A DNA stretch of 64,000 nt from an uncultured delta proteobacterium (GTDB lineage Bacteria > Desulfobacterota > Binatia > Binatales > Binataceae). Location of the stretch: NCBI GenBank assembly GCA_963749215.1, contig CAVVMA010000015.1:67467-131466 (forward strand), written 5' to 3'. The notes beneath the pieces are model-generated. The model worked only from the letters and a program-made list of their open reading frames with translations, made no database searches and had not been told where the DNA came from. Both the position numbers and the translations under genes were made by a program. Below are positions 48,065 through 55,759 of this stretch, one piece after another (within the stretch, counting starts at the first letter, position 1; each line of letters opens with the position of its first letter).

Positions 48065-49737
48065 AGTCCCATCTTGGACCTAAGGTCTCGCTGGCGATCC
48101 TGAGCGGACTCGCGCTCGCGCTGGCCTTTCCGAAATTCGATCTGAGCCTGCTGGCGTGGGTCGCTTTCGTGCCGCTGTTCTATGCGGTCGAAGACGAATC
48201 GCCGGCGCGGATTTTCGGCTACGCGTGGCTGCAAGGCCTCGCCTGCTATACCGGCTCGCTCTACTGGATTGAAATCACACTGCACGATTTCGCCGGGCTT
48301 CCGTTCGCGATCGCGGTGCTGCCGCTGATCCTGCTGGCGGCCGTACTGGCGATTTTCACCGCGGCCGCGATTTGGGCCGCCGAGTACGCCGCGCGGCGCC
48401 TGTTGATTCCGCTCTTCGTAACCGCGCCGACCGCGTGGGCCGCGATCGAATGGGTGCGCAGTTTCTTTCCGGTCGGCTTTCCGTGGAATCTGCTGGGCGA
48501 GAGCGCCTACCGAAACCTGCAACTGATCCAGTTCGCCGAGTTCACAGGAGTCTACGGAATCTCGGCGCTGATCGTATTCTTCAACGCCGTGGTCTACTGC
48601 GTGCTGTTCTCGCGATACAGCACGCGCGCCAGGGTTTGGAGCCTGAGCGCGCTGACTGCGTTGATGCTTGCCGCGTTGATCTTCGGGACCCTTCGGATCG
48701 CGCAGCTCGAGCACGAAGCGCCGCAGGGCACGCTCAGGGTCGCGATGGTGCAGGGGAACATCCCGCAAACTGTAAAGTGGAAGCCCGAGAACCTGGCGAA
48801 CAGCTTTCGAGTCTATATCGATCAGAGCGAGATCGCGGCGAATCAGGGCGCCGACCTGATTGTATGGCCCGAAGCGGCGGCCGAGTTCTTCTTCCAGCCC
48901 GACGACAATTACCCGGCGGTGTTTGCCGACGAGGCCGCATATCGGCAGCGGCTGCTCGATGTAGCGCGCAGCACGGGCGATGATTTCCTGTTCGGCGCGC
49001 CCGCGATCGGAACCCGCGACGGACGGCTCGGCTCCTACAATCGCGCCTATCTGGTTTCCGGCGCCGGCCAGGTCGAGGCCCATTACGACAAGATTCAGCT
49101 CGTGCCGTTCGGCGAGTATGTTCCCGCGCGGCCGTTGCTGGGTCTGGTCGTCAACCGAATCATCGAAGGGCTCGGGGACATGATTCCCGGCGTGGAGCAG
49201 ACCCTCTTCGACGTCAAGGGCGCCAGGCTCGGCGTGCTGATTTGCTACGAGAGCGTGTTTCCGGATCTGACCCGGCGGGAGGTCAAGCGCGGCGCCGACA
49301 TCCTGGTCAATATCACCAACGACGCGTGGTACGGACAAAGCTCGGCGCCCTACCAGTTGCTCGCGATGGCCGCGATGCGATCGGTCGAGAACAAGGTTCC
49401 GATGATTCGCGCCGCCAACACCGGGATCAGCGCGATAATTTTGCCGACCGGCGCGATCACGGCGCCGACACCGCTCTCCGTGCGCGACACCGAAATCGAG
49501 ACGGTCGGATGGCGCGACCGCGGCGGCACCGTCTACAGCGCGGTCGGCGACCTGTTCGCGGAAATCTGCTTCGCGCTGACGGCAGCGGCCTTGCTCGCGG
49601 GCCGGCTCCGCCCGCGCCGCATGAAGCCGCTGGAGAAATTCGCCGCTGACCTCGCCGCCCGCAACGGAATCAGATCGCGAGCCAATCGCCCGTCGCGCCC
49701 CAACCGACCAGGGGACAGCCCCAAGCAGATGTTGTAG
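48061..49737 (+). CDS. lnt: Apolipoprotein N-acyltransferase
   Basis: LAFPKFDL, WIEITLHDFAG, VQGNIPQ, DLIVWPEAA, VLICYESVFP, ITNDAWYG. Start at ATG 48061. Confidence 0.92.
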   Translation: MKSHLGPKVSLAILSGLALALAFPKFDLSLLAWVAFVPLFYAVEDESPARIFGYAWLQGLACYTGSLYWIEITLHDFAGLPFAIAVLPLILLAAVLAIFTAAAIWAAEYAARRLLIPLFVTAPTAWAAIEWVRSFFPVGFPWNLLGESAYRNLQLIQFAEFTGVYGISALIVFFNAVVYCVLFSRYSTRARVWSLSALTALMLAALIFGTLRIAQLEHEAPQGTLRVAMVQGNIPQTVKWKPENLANSFRVYIDQSEIAANQGADLIVWPEAAAEFFFQPDDNYPAVFADEAAYRQRLLDVARSTGDDFLFGAPAIGTRDGRLGSYNRAYLVSGAGQVEAHYDKIQLVPFGEYVPARPLLGLVVNRIIEGLGDMIPGVEQTLFDVKGARLGVLICYESVFPDLTRREVKRGADILVNITNDAWYGQSSAPYQLLAMAAMRSVENKVPMIRAANTGISAIILPTGAITAPTPLSVRDTEIETVGWRDRGGTVYSAVGDLFAEICFALTAAALLAGRLRPRRMKPLEKFAADLAARNGIRSRANRPSRPNRPGDSPKQML

Positions 49738-49757
49738 AATGCCGGGAGGATTAACGT

Positions 49758-49970
49758 ATGTCTGACAGCGAGATCATTTTTTCTGTGGACGAGTCGCCTG
49801 AGGGCGGGTTCGAGGCGAGAGCGCTTGGATATCCGGTCTTTACTCAGGCGGACACTATCGAAGAGCTGAAAGTGATGGTTCAGGACGCGGTTCGGTGCCA
49901 TTTCGAGGAAGCTGAACGCCCTCGCCTCATCCGGCTGCACCTGGTTCGCGACGAGGTGATCCCGGCTTGA
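49758..49970 (+). CDS. hicB: HicB-like antitoxin (UPF0150)
   Basis: IIFSVDESPEGGFEARALGYPVFTQADTIEELKVMVQDAVRCHF. Confidence 0.75.
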   Translation: MSDSEIIFSVDESPEGGFEARALGYPVFTQADTIEELKVMVQDAVRCHFEEAERPRLIRLHLVRDEVIPA

Positions 49971-50209
49971 AATTGCCCCGAGACCTTTCGGGTGCGGAAC
50001 TCGCATCGCGGCTCGGAGCTTACGGATATAAGATGACCAGACAAACAGGCAGCCACATTCGGCTGACTGCCTTGCTGAAAGGTCGCGAACACCACGTAAC
50101 AGTGCCGGCGCATCGAGTGCTGAAAGTCGGAACGCTGAGCGCAATCGTAAGCGAGGTGGCTCACTTTCTTGAAATCGATCGCGAAAAGCTGGCTGGCAAA
50201 CTCTTCTGA
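49967..50209 (+). CDS. hicA: HicA-family mRNA interferase toxin
   Basis: LSGAELASRLGAYGYKMTRQTGSHIRL. TTG start overlaps the hicB stop. Confidence 0.8.
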   Translation: MKLPRDLSGAELASRLGAYGYKMTRQTGSHIRLTALLKGREHHVTVPAHRVLKVGTLSAIVSEVAHFLEIDREKLAGKLF

Positions 50210-50289
50210 ATACGTATGCGGCTTTCCGCGGCATGGTTCAGTTCCGCGCTCGCACGTGACAGAATAGAACGCAACGAGAGGATCTTCCG

Positions 50290-51418
50290 ATGCTCAGTGA
50301 TATGCGCCAGGAGCTGACCGACTTCGATCAACGCGCCGAAAAAATCGGGAGGCGTCTTTGACGTCGCCCGCCTGACCGCGCGCCTCAACGAACTCAACCA
50401 ACAGTCCACCAAGCCCGATTTCTGGGATCGCCCCGAAGCTGCCCAGGCGGCTTTGAAGGAGCAGAACCAGCTCCGCGATCAGCTCGCGGCCCGCGAGCGC
50501 CTGCGCGCCCACCTCGACGAGGCGCGATTGTTCCTCGCGATGGCGGAAGAAGAGGGCGCCGAGGACTCCGAGGCCGCCCGCGAAACGCAGACCGCGCTCG
50601 CTGCCGCGCGGGCCGAATTGGAGCGCCAGGAAATCGAGGTGATGCTCGGTGGCGAGCACGACCGGCTCGGCGCGATCGTCTCGATTCAGGCCGGCGCCGG
50701 CGGGATGGAGGCGCAGGACTGGGCCGAAATCCTCGAGCGTCTTTACCTCAGATGGGCCGAGCGGCACGGCTACAAGGTCGAGCTCGCGGACCTGCAACCC
50801 GGCGAAGGCGCCGGAATCAAGAACGCCACCTTCACCGTCGAGGGCGACTACGCCTACGGATATCTGAAGGCCGAGGCGGGAATCCATCGGCTGGTGCGGA
50901 TCTCGCCCTTCGACGCAAACGCGCGCCGGCACACGTCGTTCGCCTCGGTGTTCGTGCTTCCGGCGATCGACGACAAGGTCGAAGTCACGATCAATCCGGC
51001 CGATCTCAGAGTGGACACGTTTCGCGCGAGCGGCGCCGGCGGCCAGCACGTCAACAAGACCGACTCGGCCGTGCGCATGACGCATATTCCGACCAATATC
51101 GTGGTCTGTTGCCAGAATGAACGCTCCCAGCACAAGAACCGCGCGATGGCGATGAAGATTTTGCGCGCGCGCCTGTTCGAGCTCGAGGAGCGCAAGAAGC
51201 GCGAGCAGATCGAGCAGTTCGGCAAGGACAAAAAGGAAATCACCTGGGGCAGCCAGATCCGTTCCTACGTGCTGCAACCCTACCGGATGGTGAAAGACCA
51301 TCGCACGGGCGTCGAGAGCGGCAACACCGACGCGGTGCTCGACGGCGCGATCGATCAGTTTATCGAGGCGTACCTGATGGGCGTGCGCAAGGCCGGCGCA
51401 GAAGCAGCGCCCAGCTAA
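50290..51418 (+). CDS. prfB: Peptide chain release factor 2 with the canonical +1 programmed frameshift
   Basis: MLSDMRQELTDFDQRAEKIGRRL, then CTT TGA C (50356-50362) preceded by GGGAGG. The +1 frame continues DVARLTARLNEL. SPF and GGQ (SGAGGQHVNKTDSAV) motifs are present. Confidence 0.95.
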
Positions 51419-51429
51419 CGAATCCGGTT

Positions 51430-51456
51430 CCCCCTTCCCGTCCTTAGGGAAGGGGG
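51430..51456. repeat. GC hairpin between convergent prfB and panE (CCCCCTTCCC / GGGAAGGGGG)
   Basis: 10-bp perfect stem, 7-nt loop, no U-tract on either strand. Confidence 0.7.
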
Positions 51457-51464
51457 TCAGGGGG

Positions 51465-52391
51465 TTAGGCATTTCCCCGATTCGCTCCATCGAGCAGCTT
51501 CAGCAACCCATACACCGCCTCGGTCATCGGCACGGCGACGCCGTGTCGCCGCGCGACCCTGATCACGGCGCCGTTCAGCGCGTCGTACTCCAGCCGCTTG
51601 CCGCGCTCGAAGTCCTGATGGGTCGAGGTCTTCAGCGCGCGCAGGTTGCGATCCGAATGCGCCAGCAACTCATCGATATGCGCCTGCGTCAGCGCCGCGC
51701 CGTCCGCGCGCGCGACCGCGAGAGTTTCTTCCATCAGCATGCGCACCAGCTTCAATCCTTCAGGGTCGTCGAGCACGTCGCCCACGCGCCGGCGCGTCAG
51801 CGTGGTGACGGCGTTGAAGGCGCTGTTCCACAAAAGCTTGTACCATCGGCGCGATCGGATGTCCGCGGCCAACTGGCCGAAAATGCCGGCGCGGCGGAAG
51901 GTATCGGCAATCGCCAGCGCGCGGCCTGAATTCGATCCGTCGAGCTCGCCGAACTCGATCGCGCCGGTCGAGTGATGAACGATCTTCGCCGGAGCCACGA
52001 GCTCGACGCCGACCCGCGCGTTGCCGCCCATCACGGAGCGAATCCCGAAGCGCTCGGCGAGCCGGGCCTCGCTCTCGACGCCGTTCTGGAGGGTTAGGAT
52101 CGCGCCGCCGGCGGCGAGGCATCCGTCGATCAGCAGCGCCGCGGCGTCCGTGTCATACGCCTTGACGCAGAAGAGCACCAAATCGTAGGGCGCGAACTCG
52201 CGCGGATCGGCGGTCGCCCTAACCTTCTCCAGCCGCAGGTCGCCGCGAAAGCTCTCCAGGCTCAGGCCGCTTTCCTTCAGCGCACGCAGGTTCTCGCCGC
52301 GCGCGCAGAAGACCACCTCTTCGCCGGCTTGCTGGAGCCGCGCGCCGAAGTAGCCGCCGACCGCACCGGCGCCCATCACCAGTATCTTCAT
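51465..52391 (-). CDS. panE: 2-dehydropantoate 2-reductase
   Basis: MKILVMGAGAVGGYFG, LFCVKAYD, LQNG, KTSTHQDFERGKRLE. Confidence 0.88.
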   Translation of the reverse strand: MKILVMGAGAVGGYFGARLQQAGEEVVFCARGENLRALKESGLSLESFRGDLRLEKVRATADPREFAPYDLVLFCVKAYDTDAAALLIDGCLAAGGAILTLQNGVESEARLAERFGIRSVMGGNARVGVELVAPAKIVHHSTGAIEFGELDGSNSGRALAIADTFRRAGIFGQLAADIRSRRWYKLLWNSAFNAVTTLTRRRVGDVLDDPEGLKLVRMLMEETLAVARADGAALTQAHIDELLAHSDRNLRALKTSTHQDFERGKRLEYDALNGAVIRVARRHGVAVPMTEAVYGLLKLLDGANRGNA

Positions 52392-52450
52392 AGCGGTTGT
52401 GCCTCAGGCTTCCTTGTTGTCGTATTGATCCCCGGCGGCCGTCCAGTCAA

Positions 52451-53245
52451 ATGGGTCAAATGGGAGTTGCGGAGGAAATCGTCGACGCCGAGCCACACGG
52501 CTTGCGCGCGATCGCTTTTGAGGGCGTGCTCGCGTTCGCGACGCTCACCGCGTGGCGCATTCTCGGCCCGCGGCGCCAGGGCAGCGCACCGCAGCGGGCG
52601 CGCGCGATGCTGTTCCTTCCGATCGCAGGACTGACGCTCGGCGTCGTGCTTGCGCTGATCGATCGCTCGCTAGCCGGCGTCGCGTCGCCGGTCTCGCGCT
52701 CCGCGATCACGATCGCGATTTCAGTTCTCGTCGGCGGCGCGATCGTTCCGGTTGGTCTGGCGCACGCGATTGGCGAGCTGCGCGCCGGCAGTCGTCCTTC
52801 ATGGACGGGTCTGACCGAGGTCGGGCCAGCCGGTGCGCTCGCTGCGCTGGTCTTTGTCGGTCTGGAGATCCGGCTGCTCGGGACAATCGCGCATCCGCCT
52901 GCGCGCGCAGGAGCGTTGGTCCTTGCGACGATGCTCTCGCGATGGGCGATCGTGCCGATCGGCTACGGCTTGAAGCCGCTGGAACGGCGCGGCCTGGGCG
53001 TTCCGTGGGAGGGCGGTATCAGGTTTCGCGAGTTCGCGGGCTCCAGCGTGCTGGCGTTTGGAATCGCGATGGGCCTTTACGAGATCGTCGCGATCGCGGC
53101 GATTGTCGCGATCGCGCTCGTTATCCTGGCGCTTCGGTTGCTGTTCAGCCGCCGGCTCGGCGGCGCCTCGGGCTTCACATTGGCCGCCGGCGCCGCGGTC
53201 TGCGAGCTCGCCACCTTCGCGTTGTTGTCGGCGCTCAGGCTTTAG
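52451..53245 (+). CDS. CobS-family (adenosylcobinamide-GDP ribazoletransferase-like) membrane protein with divergent motifs
   Basis: Polytopic. LFLPIAGLTLGVVLALI, LVGGAIVPVGLAHAIGEL (compare GG.H.DGLaDt.D), RRLGGASGFTLAAGAAVCEL (compare GG.tGD.lGA). Confidence 0.4.
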   Translation: MGQMGVAEEIVDAEPHGLRAIAFEGVLAFATLTAWRILGPRRQGSAPQRARAMLFLPIAGLTLGVVLALIDRSLAGVASPVSRSAITIAISVLVGGAIVPVGLAHAIGELRAGSRPSWTGLTEVGPAGALAALVFVGLEIRLLGTIAHPPARAGALVLATMLSRWAIVPIGYGLKPLERRGLGVPWEGGIRFREFAGSSVLAFGIAMGLYEIVAIAAIVAIALVILALRLLFSRRLGGASGFTLAAGAAVCELATFALLSALRL

Positions 53246-53849
53246 CGGCCGCGCGCTTGACGGCCCCGGCCCACAGCGCCTTGAGCTTCACTCGCAACTC
53301 GTCGATCGAGCCGTCGTTGGCGATCACGAGCGTCGCGTGCCGGCGGCGTTGGTCGTCGGATAGCTGGGCGCGGATTCGGGCCTCGGTTTGCTCGGGCTTC
53401 ATCCCGCGCTCGGCTTGAACGCGCTCGATGACCCGCTCTCGCGGCGCGCTCACGAGCCAGATCTCGTCGAACAGCGGCTGCCAGTTGGCTTCGATCAGGA
53501 CCGCCGCCTCGATCACGATCGGCGCGCGATCGCCGCGCGCGCGGATCTCCGCCACCATCTGGCGCATCCGATCGAATGTGCGCGGCCACACGATATCGGT
53601 GAGGCGCTTGAGCGCGGCGGGATCGGCAAAGACGATCGTGCCGAGCTTCTTGCGATCGATCGTACGGTCCGGCGCGAGGATCTCGTCACCAAATGCCGCG
53701 ACAACCTGATCGTAGGCGGAGCCGCCCGGCTCGTACACGAAATGGGCAGCCTTGTCGGCGTCGATAATCGTCGCGCCGAGTTCGCCCAGAATCTTGATAG
53801 CGGTGCTCTTGCCGGAGCCGATTCCGCCGGTGACGCCAATCGTGAGCAT
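53235..53849 (-). CDS. coaE: Dephospho-CoA kinase
   Basis: MLTIGVTGGIGSGKST..IIDADK..IVIEAAVLIE. Start at ATG 53849. Confidence 0.92.
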   Translation of the reverse strand: MLTIGVTGGIGSGKSTAIKILGELGATIIDADKAAHFVYEPGGSAYDQVVAAFGDEILAPDRTIDRKKLGTIVFADPAALKRLTDIVWPRTFDRMRQMVAEIRARGDRAPIVIEAAVLIEANWQPLFDEIWLVSAPRERVIERVQAERGMKPEQTEARIRAQLSDDQRRRHATLVIANDGSIDELRVKLKALWAGAVKRAAAKA

Positions 53850-53898
53850 TCCGGATACCCTCACCCGGCGAGCAGTTTGCTGGCGCAAATGCTCGCCG

Positions 53899-53922
53899 AC
53901 CTCTCCCTGGTCAGGGAGAGGT
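53899..53922. repeat. REP-like GC hairpin (ACCTCTCCCTG / CAGGGAGAGGT)
   Basis: 11-bp perfect arms, intergenic between the ABC transporter gene and coaE. Confidence 0.7.
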
Positions 53923-53968
53923 GAAGAAAAGCGCTCGGAGGGAGCGGGGTTTCCACGGTTTGGAATTC

Positions 53969-55759
53969 CTATCCCGCGCGGCTTACTGCCGCCTCCTTGC
54001 TCCACGATTGCAGGTCGTAGAGGTAGCGGAAGAAGCCGCCGTGCGAAAGCAATTCGCTGAAGCTTCCGGACTCGGCGATCAGTCCGTCGCGCAGTACCAG
54101 GATTCGGTCCGCGTTCTGAATCGTCGATAGCCGATGCGCGATTACCAGCGTGGTCCGCCCGCGCATCACTTCGGCGATCGCCGACAGAATCAGCGACTCG
54201 GTCTCCGCGTCGAGCGCGCTGGTCGGCTCGTCCATGATCAGGATCGGCGCGTCCTTGAGCACCGCGCGCGCGATCGTGACGCGTTGCGCCTCTCCCTCGG
54301 AAAGACTGTGGCCGCCGGGACCGATGACTTCGTCGAGTCCGCCGGGCAACCTGGCGAGCACCGGCTTGAACCGCGCAATCTCGGCGGCCCGTTCGATCTG
54401 CGCGGTCCCAGCGCCGGGACGGCCCAGAGCGATATTTGCCCGCACGGTATCGCTCAGGACCAGCGGCGGCTGGAGGACCATCGCGATATTCTCGCGCAGC
54501 GACTTGAGCGTGAGTTCGCGGATGTCGCGGCCGTCGATCCGGATCGCGCCGCGCTGCGGCTCATAGAACCGCGGCAGCATGCTCGCCATCGTGCTCTTGC
54601 CCGCACCGCTGAGCCCCACGACCGCGATCGCCTCCCCCGGCTTCGCCCTGAAGCTCACGCCCTTGAGCACCAGGCGGGTTGGATCGTAGCCGAAGACCAC
54701 GTCCTCGAACTCGATTTCGCCGCGTGCCCGGCCGAGCACCGCCGCTCCGGCACGGTCGCCGATTTCCGGCTCGACCTGCAGCAGCTCCAGGCATCGCACC
54801 ATCCCGGCTTTGGCGCCCTGCACCAGGCCGTAGGTCTGAAAGAGCTGATTGATCGGCCCGTAGAGCGAGGCGAGGTAGGCGGTGAAAACGATCAAATCGC
54901 CGACCGTGAGCGCGCCGCTCATCACGTGGCGGGCGCTGACGTAGATCACCAGCGCGGTGCCGCCGGCGATCACCACCCCGACCAGTCCGGTATAGATTGT
55001 CTGCAAAGTGTAGAGCTTGAGATTGGCGCTCAGGCTCGCGCTGCTCGACTCGACGAACTGGCGGTTGGATTCGCTCTCGGCGGTGAAGGCCTGAACGACG
55101 TGAATCGCCGACAGGACGCGATGCGCCACGTTCTGCATCCGGCCCTCCTGAACGCGCGCGGCCCGGGCCAGACGGTCGATCCGGCCGCTGAGCATCGCGA
55201 TCAGGATGAAGAGCAGCGGCACGACGCCGAAGGCGATCGCGGTCAGCACCGGGTCGATGCGGATCATCACGGCGAACATGCCGAGCAGCAGCACGCCGGA
55301 TGAGACGATCGGAAACAGGCCGTTCATCGCGATGGTCTGAATCGAGAGCGTGTCGTAGGTGATGCGCAGCAGCAGGTCGCCGATCTCGCGCCGCCGATGG
55401 AACGAAAGCGAGAGCCGCTGGAGATGCTCGAAGAGGCGCGCGCGCAGATCGTTCACCATCCGCTGGCCGATCGAGATGGTCAGGTAGTTGTTCGAGACCT
55501 GGAGCACCGCGCCGGCCAGATAGAGTCCCACCAGGCCGACACAGGCCGCGATCAGCAACCGGCTCGGGCTCATCGCGGACGCCCACGGAATTCCCATCGG
55601 CCGGCCGCGCAGCACGTTATCGATCACGACCTTGAGCGGCCACGGCTTCAGGATTTCGAGCGCCGCCATCAGCAGCACTTCGGCGATCGCCAGCGCCAGG
55701 CGGCCCGCGTACGGCCGCATCCGGCGCATCACCAGGATGTAAACGCGAAGCGTGCTCAT
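53969..55759 (-). CDS. ABC transporter, fused permease/ATPase (MsbA/NdvA-like exporter)
   Basis: Six-TM region, GLSGAGKST Walker A, LSEGEAQRVTIARA signature, ILIMDEPTSALD Walker B. The ATG at 55759 overlaps the upstream stop (ATGA). Confidence 0.9.
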   Translation of the reverse strand: MSTLRVYILVMRRMRPYAGRLALAIAEVLLMAALEILKPWPLKVVIDNVLRGRPMGIPWASAMSPSRLLIAACVGLVGLYLAGAVLQVSNNYLTISIGQRMVNDLRARLFEHLQRLSLSFHRRREIGDLLLRITYDTLSIQTIAMNGLFPIVSSGVLLLGMFAVMIRIDPVLTAIAFGVVPLLFILIAMLSGRIDRLARAARVQEGRMQNVAHRVLSAIHVVQAFTAESESNRQFVESSSASLSANLKLYTLQTIYTGLVGVVIAGGTALVIYVSARHVMSGALTVGDLIVFTAYLASLYGPINQLFQTYGLVQGAKAGMVRCLELLQVEPEIGDRAGAAVLGRARGEIEFEDVVFGYDPTRLVLKGVSFRAKPGEAIAVVGLSGAGKSTMASMLPRFYEPQRGAIRIDGRDIRELTLKSLRENIAMVLQPPLVLSDTVRANIALGRPGAGTAQIERAAEIARFKPVLARLPGGLDEVIGPGGHSLSEGEAQRVTIARAVLKDAPILIMDEPTSALDAETESLILSAIAEVMRGRTTLVIAHRLSTIQNADRILVLRDGLIAESGSFSELLSHGGFFRYLYDLQSWSKEAAVSRAG

